Positions 42,269 through 55,800 of a DNA stretch of 64,000 nucleotides are shown piece by piece. The notes beneath the pieces are model-generated. The model did no database searches, was not told the DNA's origin, and saw only the letters and a list, made by a program, of their open reading frames with translations. Within the stretch, counting starts at the first letter, position 1; each line of letters opens with the position of its first letter. A program made the position numbers and the translations under genes. Origin of the DNA: Eledone cirrhosa (taxonomy: Eukaryota); the NCBI GenBank assembly GCA_964016885.1, contig OZ024745.1, forward strand, positions 61,566,001 through 61,630,000, read 5' to 3'.

Positions 42269-44295
42269 ATGGATAACACAAGAAACAGAGAGAGCGCTGT
42301 CAGACAACACAGAGAGAGGGAGACTTTATCAGCGTTCCAGCGGAGGTAAATATAAACGAAAATATTACAAAGGAAAAGAAGATTGTTACAGATTTAAAAT
42401 TAACAAATATTTCTAACACAAACAACACCATCAATAACACCAACAACAACACCAACAACAACACCATCAATAACAACAGCAACAACAAAAATAACAGCGG
42501 TAAAGTCGAGAACGACAATAACAAAAATAACAGCGGTAAGGTCGAGAACGACAATAACAATGACAATAACAACAGCCACAACAACAATAATAGTAGGAAC
42601 AGTATCAACAATAATAACAACAGCCACAATAACAGTAACAACAGCAACATTATCAACGAAAACAACACCAACAACTGTACCAACAACAACATCAACAATG
42701 ACATCGATACCTGTAACAGCGATCTCAGCACAACCAGTAAGACCAGTAGCGGCAGCAATAGTGGTGCTGCTGAAAAAGGGACCACTTCTTTTGCAGGTGT
42801 CGCCCGAAATATCGAGACAGCGTTAGTCACAGAGGAGGAGATGGCAGTCGCAAGGGCCATGGTGACAAGAGGCGCCAATAGTGTCTCCCTGAAACTCCAC
42901 ACGATTTTTTCAAGGACCAGCAGCTACGGACGGTGACTTACCGCACTGTAAGCAAAATCTCACATTGGGTGCAGTGAGCCACGGAGGCTCAAATCCCAAA
43001 GGCCTTGGGGTGCGTCTGGGCACGCAAAACCCACATCACCCGAGGTAGAAAGTACGCCACAGTAAACGTACTTTTCGCCACCACCCCAGGAAGCAAAGTC
43101 TCACTCGTTGGAAACACCAAGGAGTGAGTTGATAGTCTTGGTGCCCTCCTGCTGCGGGCAGAAGATTGTGAGGGTCAAAGTGACCCAGGTCCCTCCCGAC
43201 GTGCCCATACCTTGGCTGGCCGAGTCTGTCCTTGCTGGAATCGAGAACAGGACGACCATGCTGCAAGTAGAGAAAATAGGGAGAGTGAACTGGTCAGTTA
43301 TAGGCATGCAAATGCTTATACAAACTGACCAGGAATGTATCGACGCTATCCCCGATATCATAGACATCGAGGAAGGACTCCAAACTCCCTATAAGCGTAG
43401 AAGGAAGACGGCCAACATGTTATCTCTGTTGGTCGAAGGGTCACCTCAGGGCCTTTTGCCCGCAGAAAACAGCGAAGAAGAAGGCCCCTCTCCTTCCAAT
43501 ACCTGGTCCGCTGCTACCAAGAGCATGGCAGGCAACAAACGCAGAAGCCCCTTCTACGGTGAGTAGGAGGGCAACGTCCGTGGCACCCGTACCAAGGCCA
43601 CGGATAACTAAAGCAGCAGCATCTGTGGCGGCAACACCAATAGCTACATTTGAAGTAGTTACACCAGCAACAAAATTGCCGAAGAGGGCTCCACTACCAC
43701 CACCAACAGCCGTGGAGCATATACCCCTCCCAGACACCACGGAATCCGACATGGAGTTTGAGGCGGGAGTGAAGTGACAAACGGTCTGCCACAAAAAAGA
43801 AAAAAGAAAAAAACCCTTAGATTCACCCCCCAAAAGCGAAGGCACACAAAGAGGGGTAAAGGCAGCAAGGAAACTTGCAGTAACACCACCACCATCACCA
43901 TCACCACCACAAGCACCACCGCCAACAACAACGACACCACCACCAGCATCACCAAAAACACCAACAGCAACAAAATCACCCCTCCCCCCCAAAAGTACAC
44001 AGCCATAAACATGGCAAAGAAAAAAGAACTCATACAATATATAAAGCAGCACACAGACATCACAGAAAAAAACTAATACACCCCACCAACACCAAGAACT
44101 CTCCCAACAAACATAAGCATCATTGAAATCTCAATAGAACAGTACAAACCTTTAAAACAAAAATTCCCCAACGCAGTTGGAGACTTCAGACGGTCGGTTA
44201 CCAAGAGGATATACACTGACATCCTCTTGGAAACACCCATGACCAGCCAAAGGGACGGTTCTACTGTCCCTTCACCATACGATCAAGGTAAGTGA
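42269..44295 (+). pseudogene. Degenerate ORF1 (Asn-rich N-terminus, gag-like)
   Basis: ATG at 42269, a poly-Asn tract, IVRVKVTQVPPDVPIPWL..LLVEG, and a P/T/K-rich tail. It has several frameshifts and sits directly upstream of ORF2. Confidence 0.55.
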
Positions 44296-44326
44296 CCCTT
44301 TCTCACTTGCCCGTTTCTCATCCAAC

Positions 44327-47300
44327 ATGGCCGTACTCAGAATAGGCAGTATAAATGCACGTGGCCTGGGGTCATCTTGGAAGCAGAGTCACCTGCTCAA
44401 CGACCTCAGGTCACTAAACATAGATGTGATGGCCATCAGTGAGACCAGAATCTCCGAAACACAAGCCTTCGCACCGATCTTCGGCGGCTACGATGTATAC
44501 GCATCTCTCAGCCGTCCAGAATCGGGGGGAGGGGTTGCCGTCCTTTTTCGGAGAGGCTTGAATCTCGCCATACGGGCCATTATCCTAGACCCAGAAGGTA
44601 AGTCGGTGGTGCTGGACGTGACCGGCAGCGAAGGCAATGCTTTCAGGCTAGTAGCCGTTTACGCCCCAACAGGGGTAGGACGGCCAGATTACTTCAGACG
44701 TCTAGAGACCTTTCTTGGAACGTCCCGCTCTTTAGTGTTAGTGGGCGACTGGAACGGTATCTTGGATGCACGCTGGGATTGTGTGGGGCTAGTGGATAGG
44801 GTAGGAGGGTGCAAGAGCCTCACCAACCTCCTCAGACGTTTTGAACTGTCTGACAGGTATCGACTGGATCACCCGAGTGTGCCAATGTGGACATGGACAA
44901 ACCGCATCAGGTCATCCAGATCGTATCTCGATAGGGTATTCTGCAGAGAACTAGATAAGGCTAGTATAAGTTGTCCACAATTTAAAATAGTCGACTACAC
45001 AGACCACAAATTTGTGATCTGTGAGATCGACATAGACAGACTTCATAGACAAGGGCCCGGTTACTGGAAGATGAACGCGTCTTTCCCGGCGCGCAAAGCC
45101 TACAGAGACCGGATTAGCGTATTAGTTAAGCGGGCGTTGACAGGAGCGGTCGTCAACAGGTGGTTCGCCCTGAGAAGGGCAATTAAAGTTGAGTCGATTA
45201 GGTTTAGCAAAGGAGTAGTGATAGAGGAAAATAGAGTAGAGGGAGAGCTAGTCAGAAAGCTAGAAGAGGCGTTTAGGACAGGTATCGCAACTGACGTGCT
45301 GGCGGCGAGATTGGCACTCGACCAATTCTTCAACGCAAAACACGAAGGCTGCGTTGTCAGAACTAGAGCGCGTGCTCTGAAACACGAGGGGACAAAAGCC
45401 GTCCAATGGGCCCGGGTGGCAGAGGCGCGACGTGGCAACAAAGCCACAATTTGGTCTTTGTCTGACCAAAACGGGCGCGTGATGCTCGAACCCGAGCGGA
45501 TGTGTGAAGCTTTTCAGCAGCACTTTGCTGAACTGTTCGGGAGCAGCGGCGGCCCGGATCGGGGCATGGACTTCAGTGCATACCTCGGCGGACTGCCTCG
45601 GCTCTCGACGACCGCAGCACAGTGTTGCGAAAAGCCAATAACAGCCGGTGAAATACGGGAAGCGATGGCTAACTGGAGGAGGGGTAAATCGCCAGGTCTG
45701 GATGGTCTGCCCTACGAGCTTTATGCATTTATGCCAGACTTGTTCGGTGACCTCTTGGCAGACGTCTACTGCAACTGGCAGCAGAACGGGAGCATTCCCA
45801 GTTTTGTGAGCCAGGTAGTGGTGGTGCTGCTGAGAAAAGACCCGAACAAGGGGGATGTTATCGATAATTTCAGGCCCATAACCCTGCTAAACGCAGAGTT
45901 CAAGATTTTGGCCAAGGTCTTAGCAACGAGGTTGGCGTTTGTCGTCAAGGGTCTGGTGGGAGAGGCGCAGACATGCGCCATTCCGGACAGATCCATACAC
46001 GACAACCTCCACCTCATGCGACACATCATAGAGAGGTTGGTTAAGGAACCTGGCACGGGTGGGGCCCTGATCAACTTGGATCAATCCAAAGCTTTCGATA
46101 GGGTCGACCATCGTAACCTGGCTGCGGTCCTCGAGGCAGCCGGTTTCGGGCCCGTTTTCAGGGGTTGGATCGCAGCGATGTACAGCGACATCTGCTCAGT
46201 TGTGAGGGTGAACGGTCACATGTCGCAGCCGTTCAGCATCATGCGCTCAGTCCGCCAGGGTTGTCCCCTCTCGTTCTTCTTGTACGTATTGACTCTCGAG
46301 CCGTTACTACACAAACTGGGGGCGATGAGGGGCGTCCCACGCGAACTAGGATGCGGGAAATCCGAGTCGGGTTACGCCGACGACGTCACCGTGGTGGTGT
46401 CGAGCACCAGACACGTCCAGATGCTCGGCACCGCTCTCATGGAATACGAATCGGCGACAGAAGCAAAGATAAACCAGGAAATGTCGGTGGGCTTGCAGCT
46501 CGGCACCTGGAGAGGCAAGTCCATGCCGTCCGACAGCATCGTGGGCGTTGGACGGACGGACCGGTTAAATTGCTCGGGATCTGGTTCGGACCGGACCTCC
46601 AGATGGAGAAAAACTGGAACGTGGTGACGAGCAAGGTGGCCTCCCTCACCCAGAAATGGGCCGAGAAGAAGCTGTCCCTGAAAGGCCGGGCGGAGGTGGC
46701 GAATGCGTACATCCGTCATCTGCTACCGCCTCACCGTCGTCCCTTGCTCCGGCCCAACTCTCACCAAAATGGAGCGCCTCCTCTTCCGCTTTTTGTGGAA
46801 GGGACGCGCTCCCATGGTCAGACGATCCATCTGCTGTCAACACCCGTTGCGTGGAGGACTGGGCATGCCATGGCTGATGATGCGCAAACATGCGCTGAGG
46901 CTGCGACATCTCTGGTGCTTCCTTGACGGTGAACAGGTGTGGTCGCCGTTCGCCAGGCACGTTTTCCCACAGCTCGTCTCCTTGACGGAGCTGCAGTCCT
47001 GGGTCAGAAAAAGACCGAGGGATAGCGCTTGGAAACTGGAATGTCTCCAGGCGCTCACTGCCTTCTGCCAGCTGGGCACCAGTATCGGTAGAACATCCAC
47101 CTCGGCGTTCTATAGAGGACTAGTGGAGGGGAAGAGTGACGACGATGTCGGAGAGATCCTGGGCGTCGAAGAAGATCAGCTGCTTGCTCTCTTCCGGAGA
47201 ACTTTCAGCCCAGGGCCTATGGATAATTTCCAAAAATCCCTAGCCTGCCAGTGCTACCGGGGAGCGCTGCCGGTTCGAGATAAGCTCTACAGGCACGGAA

Positions 47301-47701
47301 GTGCCGTCAGCCGAGCCTGCTCGAGATGCGCGCAGAGCGACGAAACCGTCGTGCACGCATTCGTTCAGTGCCCGACCATTGCTGACTTGTGGAGCTATGT
47401 CGAACAGTTGCTGGCGCGTGTAGGACTGATCCGGTTATCGACTGAGTCCATTGTGCAGATGGCCTCGCCCTCTTCCTTCGAGGAGGAAGGACAGGCGGTT
47501 TTCATCTGCCTGGTGGCCATGGCGAAAGAGATTGTGTGGTGGACAAGGTTAAAAGGGTTAAAGACAGACACTTTCCTCTTCTGCGAATCCCTAATTAACT
47601 TTTTCAAGTTTCACTTGAAGAGGAAAATCAGGGTGGAGAGGCAAGTGCTGTGTTCTAGCAAGTTTGTTGAAAGGTGGGTGAATGTAGCGAGAATGGTCTG
47701 A
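44327..47701 (+). pseudogene. ORF2: AP endonuclease + reverse transcriptase + zf-RVT, two frameshifts (~46548, ~46710)
   Basis: IGSINARGL, ISETR, VYAP, LVGDWN, YLDRV, TDH, GPGYWKMN, GKSPGLDGLPYELY, NFRPITLLN, LDQSKAFDRVDH, RQGCPLS, YADD (46373), LLGIWF, GGLGMP and CSRC..HAFVQC. Confidence 0.92.
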
Positions 47702-48145
47702 GTGAACGGGACCGCTCTGAATATACGTCTCTAGTTTGAGAAATGGAAAAATTGAGAGAGGGCGCTTGCCCTGGTGGTCAGGGTGGTCGTGGTCTTTTGT
47801 GTGGTTTTCGCCACGAGTAACCATCGGAGGTTTCCCCCCTATTGGGGAATTTTTCATTGTTTCTATTTTCATTTTTATTGTTTATATATATATATATATG
47901 TTTCTATGTCCTTTTTTTCTTTTCTTATATAAATAATAAAAATCTTTACACGCACAATACCCACACCGTACCGTCCTGTACCGTCTTGTGCTGTCTGTAA
48001 TGTTTTTCTTGATGTCAGCTCTTGTGGCCAATAAAGAAATCATTATCATTATTATTATTATTATTATTGTTCTTTGAGTCTCAGTCATAGATGTTAGTTA
48101 ACTGGAAAGTTTGTTGAAATGAATATCAAGCCACTACCTTCAGCC

Positions 48146-51100
48146 TCAGATATTCAGGACGTATCGGAGGGTTCTTGCTGTTCCCAGCAAGCATGCCTTT
48201 TGAAGTGTTCCAAAAAGCGGGGCGGGGCCAATTTTCTTTAACCATCCTCGGAAACTCTTTAAGATAGTACCTAGTGCGCCTATAACAATCGGTGTGACCG
48301 ATTGTTATAGGCGCAGTTCCAAATCTTTTTACCTCCCACTTTAAGTCCTGGTATCGGTTAGTTTTCTCCCTCTCCTTTTCTTGCACTCTCGTGTCGAATG
48401 GGCAGGCCACATCCACAATCAGGCACGATCTTTTTTCCTTGTCCAAAACCACCAGGTCAGGTCTATTGTGTTCCAGTCTCTTGTCCGTATGTATCCTAAA
48501 ATCCCACAGCACCTTCACCTGATCGTTTTCTATCACCGACTCTGGCTTATGCTCATACCACTTCTCAGAATGTGGTAAATTGTTTACTTTGCATAGATGC
48601 CAGTGGATCACCCTGCCTATCACATCATGTCTCCAGCCTTTATAGTGAGTCTGGGCTAGGTGCTTACACTCGGATACAATGTGAGCCACAGTCTCCTCTC
48701 TCTCTCCACAGATCCTGCACAGTGGGCTAGCCTCCTCCTTGTAAATATGGTGTTTCAGCCACTTCGTTTTGAGGGCCTGCCCTTGCGCAGCCATTAGCAA
48801 CATTCCTTCTGTAGTCTTTTTAAGGTCTCCTCTTCTCAACCAGTTCCATGTCTGTGGATCTCTGAATTCAGTTTTCTCAAAGAAGGTACTATGAAGGGAT
48901 TTTTCATGAAGGCTGCTCTTTCTCCTCGTTTTTATTTCCTCCTTGGACATCCCCTGGTCTATTGTCCTCTCCTTCAGTACAATTCTGAGCATTGGCTCCT
49001 TACTATCAGTAACGCATTTGTGTAGGTTGTTTTTCTCCATCTGAACACAGTCCTCTATGCTGATAAGACCTCTTCCACCTTCAGATCTCCTTAAGTAGAG
49101 TCTATCGACATCATTCCTCTTGTGGAACATGTTGTAGATAGTCAATAGCTTTCTAGTCTTCCTACCCATTTCTTTTTGTTCAGCAACATTCCATCTCAGA
49201 ATTCCCGCACTGTACCTAATAATAGACACAGCTCGGGAATTTACTGCACTTATGGCATTCTTACTGTTCAGATGTGACTTTAATACGCTCCTTACTCTCC
49301 GAATGTATTCAGATCTTATCAATTCCTTCATTTTTTTGTTCTTGATGTCATCAGCCTCCAGAACACCCAAATACTTGTATCCTTCTTCAGTGTCAATTTC
49401 CTTTATCATCTCACCTGTTGGTACCTGGATTCCGTTGCTTCTGCTCAATTTACCCCTCTTCATCACAAGGACTCCACACTTACTAATACCAAATTGCATA
49501 GATATATCATTGCTGAAAATACGGACAGTGTCAACAAGCACATCCAGCTCCTTCTCACTCTTTCCAAAGAGCTTAAGATCGTCCATGAAGAGGAGGTGAT
49601 TGATGGCAAGCTCTCCCTTTCCCAACTTGTATCCTGCTCTCACTTTTCGCAGTATAATGGTCAGGGGCATCAGAGCAAGGACAAACAACAGAGGGGACAG
49701 ACTATCTCCCTGGAAGATACCTATCTTGATCTTCACGCCTCCCAAGGATTCTCCAGCTGATGTTAACTCTGTTTTCCAGGACTTCATACCTTTGCTCAAC
49801 AACTGTCTGATGTTATCTGCCACCTTGAAGATCTCTAGGTCATCCAAGAATGAGGCACCATGTCAAATGCATTTTTGTAGTCTATCCATCCCATGGCAAG
49901 ACCAGTGTGTCTCCTCTTGCAATTCCTCATTACCATCTTATCAATAAGTAACTGGTCCTTTGTACCACGGGACTTCTTTCGGCAACCTTTCTGTTCGTCC
50001 GGTAACAAGTTGTTTGTGTGGAGGTGATGGTAGATTTCCTCAGACACAATGCTTGTCAACAGTTTCCACATTACGGACAGACATGTGATGGGTCTATAGT
50101 TGGTAACATCATTACCCTTGATTCGGTCTTTCATTACCAGAACTGTGGTACCTTTTGTCAACCACTCTGGTACCTCACCTGACATCAAGCAGTCATTGAA
50201 CATGGTTGTAAGTTTCGGGTGGAGGGATGTTATATTTTTAATCCATCTGGGCCTCGTGATTTCCAGTTGGTTAGTTTTTTGGCCTGCCCCTTAAGAGTTT
50301 CAACTGTGATACTCAAATCAGTTTGTTGGTGTGCCTGTTCACTAATCTCCTTTTGTACTGTCTCAATCCACACTGCCTGGTCATTATGTTTAACATCCTG
50401 CTCCCATATTCCTCTCCAGAATGTCTTAGTTTGTTCTGCCTCAGGGATCAAGTCGTTTCCTCTTTCTTTCCCTTCAAGCTGTCCAAACAACACCAAGGTT
50501 CTGATCTTTCTTGTTTGTTGTTTCCTCTCGCTTTTATGCCAAGTAATTTCCTCACCGCATTTGCTGTTGCTCTGAGGATATTGTTGCACTGGTGAAGGCT
50601 CCTCGCCTCAAGGTATGGGATGACTTTGTTTACCTTAGCTGTTGTTTCTTTTAACTTTTTCCTGTCTACAAATCTTAGGTTCATAGGTTTCCCACTATCA
50701 TTGTTCATTTCATCTACCACTAAGTTTAGGATATCAACCAAATCTTGTCCTAGCCCGTCAGCATTCATCTCCTCAATGGCCGTATCTTTGTTCCAGGTAT
50801 TATTTATTTCAGCATTCAGATCATTGTCTGCTTCGGATGGTTCCTCCGTTCTCTCAACCTCTTCACCTTCATTTCCCACTGGCTCGTTTGCCTGGCATAC
50901 TCCACTCTCCATTTCCAACCTAATCTCTCTGCTCAGCTCCTCCAGTTCCAGCTCGCTTTTCCACCCCTTAGTTCTTATTACCCGAGCCTGCCCGGCCAAT
51001 TTTTGTTCATCTAATTTAAATAGACCAATCTCGTTCCAGATGTTATGCATCCGTTTCCTATAGCCTTTCTCATTGGGGTTACTATTCAGGTAACATTGCA

Positions 51101-51215
51101 TAACAGTTCTATTCAATTCTTTCGTCCAGTTGGTTCTGGTCCCTTTCCTTTTTCTTCTTCCTCCGACACCAGCAGTATTTGACAGCCAGGTCCCTGCTGC
51201 TGAGCCAGGGAGCAC
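48146..51215 (-). pseudogene. Frameshifted RT-zinc knuckle-RLE polyprotein
   Basis: WTKELNRTVMQCY..GYRKRMHNIW, NWKSRGPDG, NYRPITCL, WIDYKNAFDMVPH, FQGDSLSPLLF, LLFMDDLKLF, GGRGL, CRIC..HIVSEC, WDFRIHTD..RPDLVVLD and LQKACLLGTARTLRYVLNI*. Confidence 0.9.
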
Positions 51216-51334
51216 CTGCTGGGTGAGAGTCTGTCACATGACATTCCAGTCTCCACTTCACCGTTATTCGAACTGTTTAGGTTCGACATTTAAACACTCT
51301 TATCGAGGATTGGTGAATGTATGGTTACATAACC

Positions 51335-51382
51335 ACCGGTGATTTCATCACCTCTGGTGATTTCATCACCCCCGGTGATTTT
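51335..51382. repeat. Three 18-bp palindromic tandem units
   Basis: ccggtgatttcatcacctctggtgatttcatcacccccggtgatttt. Each complete unit is GGTGAT-TTC-ATCACC. Confidence 0.85.
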
Positions 51383-51859
51383 AGTGTGGCACTATCACGC
51401 TGTAGACGAACATAAATAAACAAACAAACAAATAGGTAACCCCCCCCCAAAAAAAAAGAATAAGCATAAGTTTCATTGTAATGTAATGTTTGAATGTCTG
51501 ACTTAGTTTTTTTTTCTTGTCTGTCTGTCTGTCTGTCTTTGTTTTTCATTTCTTTTTTTTTCTTTACGTTTTTCGTTACTGCTGTGTTGTTTTGATTTTG
51601 ATTTTTGGTTTTTTGATTTTTTGACCGGGTCATCAAATCAGTCTATTTATATCTTTTGATGCCTTCCTCTTTTAATGGGAATACTACGATGCCTGTCTTA
51701 GCAGGAGGTAGTGGGAGAGAATAGCGGCGGTAACGATAATGAGGCAGTGGTGGTGGTGATGTGATTGTAGTACTGTAGTGATGGTGTTGAAGTTGAAGTA
51801 GAAATAGAAGTTGAGGTAACTTGACTAGAGTTTTTGGCGTGGTAGTGGAGAAAGCTCAT

Positions 51860-52015
51860 TAAAAAAAAAGCCACGGTGACCCTGACCACCAGGGCAAGTG
51901 CCCTCTTCTAGTTTTCCACCTTCAATTTACAGGCACATACTCAGAGTAGGCCCATTAACACAGGCCATTCTTGCTTCTCATTCTTGCACCCATCTTTCAA
52001 CAAAACGCTGAGAAG
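51860..52015 (-). mobile_element. Short 3' fragment of the Tx1-type family
   Basis: The reverse complement matches 47655-47800 (tttgttgaaagatgggtg...gagggcacttgccctggtggtcagggt). Confidence 0.75.
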
Positions 52016-52329
52016 GATAATATGGTATCATGGAATGTCGTAGTTATAAAACGAAAGAGAGTAACGAATGATAGTCGTCTTACTCCAAAAAGCTGAAGGT
52101 TCAAGAGGGCGGGGCGGTGCCCAGTTCGTCAGCGATCCCACGAAACAGACTGAAGGAAGGATGGAATAATTAACGGACTCATCCGAGATGCGTTATGTAG
52201 GTACTCGTTCAGTGTAATAGCATTACTGACTTGTGAAGTTATGTTGTACAACTGTTGTACCAACGTACGCTTCATATATAAAATCTTGCAGAATTATTCA
52301 TTTGGTTTTGTACATTTCGAACCACCGTA

Positions 52330-52880
52330 AGCAATCTCCAAAGCAAGACTTCACTCAAAGAAAGTTGTTTTCAATTTGATGGAATTGGAAGGCTGTATTC
52401 TTTTACGAGCTCCTTCTCACGGACAGGATCATTAATTCGAATGTGTAACCAGCTGGACAGATTAAACGTTCAGCAGTTGCTAATCGTTAGAGCATTGTCT
52501 TTCATCACGACAATGTCAGACTACACACCTCTTTGCAGATACAGCAGAAGTTATTGGGGCTTGGCTGAGAAGATTTTCTACGCGTTCCATATTCTTCCGG
52601 TCTTGCGCCTTCAGATTTCCACCTGTCACGGTCTCTTCAAAATTAATTGAATGGACAGATCTTCAACTCTGAAGAGGATGTAAAATTTCACTTAGAAGAG
52701 TTTTTCGCCAATAAAGGCAGGACATTCCTTGAGTAGAGAATAATAGACCTACCCAGAAGATGGCAGAAGATACTGGAACCAAAGGGTAATTATATCATTG
52801 ATTGAATAATTTACTTTGTGTTTAAAACTTATGTCTTATTTCCACTTAAATACCTAACGAACATTTTGGCCGGCCGAAAT
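52330..52880 (+). pseudogene. Decayed mariner (DD34D) transposase 3' half plus TIR remnant
   Basis: KKV..SI.WNWK..FYELL, QLDRL, FHHDN.R.HTS, PYS..LAPSDFHL.RSLQN and LP.RWQK..GNYIID*. A ttttggcc.. TIR-like end lies near 52865-52880. Confidence 0.85.
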
Positions 52881-53279
52881 GTGTACGCGCGTGTGTATGT
52901 GTGTGTGTTTATGAGTGTATGTGTATATAATCTCTGGCTTCTCTGGAATGGGTACAAGTCATAGGATTGCCGTCAACATAGCAACATTTTTCTTCACACT
53001 ATTTTATACATAAACGTCGGCAGTCTATGCACAAAGCCCATGGCACAATGATCAAATAATTCACACATATACCTAACTACATACAATCACACAGACATGC
53101 ATGTAAACACACAGACAACACCTTCAAACACATAAACATGCGCGTAAACACGCCAGATACAAGAGTTATACCAAAACACTCTTTGCACACGACTGCATAT
53201 TACATATCAAGCATCAACTATCACTTCACATATTAGATGGGATTCACTAACACAACGCAAAGCATAGCCTACACACTAT

Positions 53280-53336
53280 ACACGGCACACACACACGCAC
53301 GCACACACACTCACACACACACACACACACGCACGC

Positions 53337-53375
<39 letters not shown>

Positions 53376-55800
53376 TCGTACTGAAAACATCATAAACCAC
53401 ATTTCACATCATATACCAAGCAACATACAACACACACACACACCGTACACCACACCCCACGTCTCTCCTCACCGCATGCACCTTGCACTTAACATACCAC
53501 ACACTACATACTCTTCAGATTTGACACCTAACACAACACAACACAAAATACATCACACATTTCACATCACTCAATACAGGTCCAACTCCACACCCCTTTC
53601 ACTTAACCGCAAGTCTACGCATCACACTTAGTACACACCAAGCAATATACCCCATTCATCTCACAACACACCTATACCCCGGGACCATAAAACACAGTAC
53701 ACTTTCTATACACCATTCACCACACAATAAACCCCACCCTAACCCTCACAGATTACACATTACACACCAAACAATACACACTAATCATCACACACCACAC
53801 ACTACACCTACACACAATACATAACAAACACACCACACACTACACACCACACACTACTCATCACACACACACACACACACACCACACACAATACCTTATA
53901 CACACCGCACACCACACACAGCACACTACTCATCACACACACACACTACATCACACACCACACACTACTCATCATACACACACACACACCACACACTACA
54001 TCACACACACACACTACACGCCACACACCACACACTACTAATCACACACGCACACAACACACTACACACTACATACTATACATCACACACACACACACCA
54101 CACAACACACCACACACCACACACCACACATCACACACACATACCACACACCACACACTACTCATCACACACACAAAACACACTACACACTACATACTAT
54201 ACATCACACACACACACAACACACTACACACTACATACTATACATCACATACACACACACAACACACTACACACTACATACTATACCTCACACACACACA
54301 CACACCACACACCACACACTACATCACACACACACACACCACACAACACACCACACACATCACACACACACACCACACACATCACACTACTCATCACACA
54401 CACACAACACACTACACACTACATACTATACATCACACACACACACAACACACTACACACTACATATTATACATCACACACACACACACACACAACACAC
54501 TACACACTACATACTATACATCACACACACACACACCTCACAACACACCACACACCACACATCACACACACACACCACACACCACACTACTCATCACACA
54601 CACACAACACACTACATACTATACATCACACACACACACAACACACTACACACTACATACTATACATCACACACACACACACACACACACACAACACACT
54701 ACACACTACATACTATACATCACACACACACACACAACACACTACACACTACATACTATACATCACACACGCACACACCACACAACACACCACACACCAC
54801 ACATCACACACACACACCACACACCACACACTACTCATCACACACACACAACACACTACATACTATACATCACACACACACACAACACACTACACACTAC
54901 ATACTATACATCACACACACACACACACACACACAACACACTACACACTACATACTATACATCACACACACACACCACACACCACACATCACACACCACA
55001 CACCACACACCACACACTACACGCTATACAACACACACACACAACATACAACACACCACACACCACACACCACACATCACACACACACACACCACACCAC
55101 ACACCACACACCACACACCACACATCACACACACACACACACACCACACACACACCACACACCATACACCACACACCACACATCACACACCACACACCAC
55201 ACACTATACAACACACACACACACCACACAACACACCACACATCACACACACACACACACACCACACAACACACCACACACCACACACAACACACTACAC
55301 ACTACATTCTATACATCACACACCACACACCACACACCACACACCACGCACCACACACTATACAACACACACACACACAACACACAACACACCACACACC
55401 ACACACCACACACACCACACAACACACCACACACCACACACAACACACTACATACTATACATCACGCACCACACATCACACACCACACACCACACACTAT
55501 ACAACACACACACACAACACACAACACACCACACACCACACATCACACACACACACACACCACACAACACACCACACACCACACACAACACACTACACAC
55601 TGCATACTATACATCACACACCACACATCACACACCACACAACACACACTATACAACACACACACACAACACACCACACACCACACACCACACACTATAC
55701 AACACACACACACAACACACCACACACCACACATCACACACACACACCACACAACACACCACACACCACACACAACACACTACACACTACACACTATACT
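53280..55800. repeat. Cryptic (CA)-derived satellite built from ~7-nt variants (CACACAC/CACACTA/CACACAA/CATACTA)
   Basis: Seen directly. Higher-order blocks such as caacacactacacactacatactatacatcacac recur many times. Confidence 0.9.

Larger units (their letters stand above)
42059..48040 (+). mobile_element. Full-length L1/Tx1-type non-LTR retrotransposon inserted in (ATT)n
   Basis: ORF1 plus an APE-RT-zf ORF2, with AATAAA at 48030. (ATT)n tracts lie at 42014-42058 and 48042-48068. Confidence 0.88.
48069..51410 (-). mobile_element. Second R4/Dong-clade non-LTR retrotransposon with a (TAA)n 3' junction
   Basis: RT and RLE motifs. The 3' UTR runs into (TAA)n at 48068. The 5' limit is approximate. 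Confidence 0.88.

Noticed and set aside
42300-42902. 200-aa Leu/Val-rich minus-strand ORF resembling a membrane protein
   Set aside because: It is the antisense reading of the (AAC)-rich ORF1 region of the Tx1 element.
53729-53750. Telomeric-like ccctaaccc
   Set aside because: It is a single unit in C/A-rich sequence and is expected by chance.
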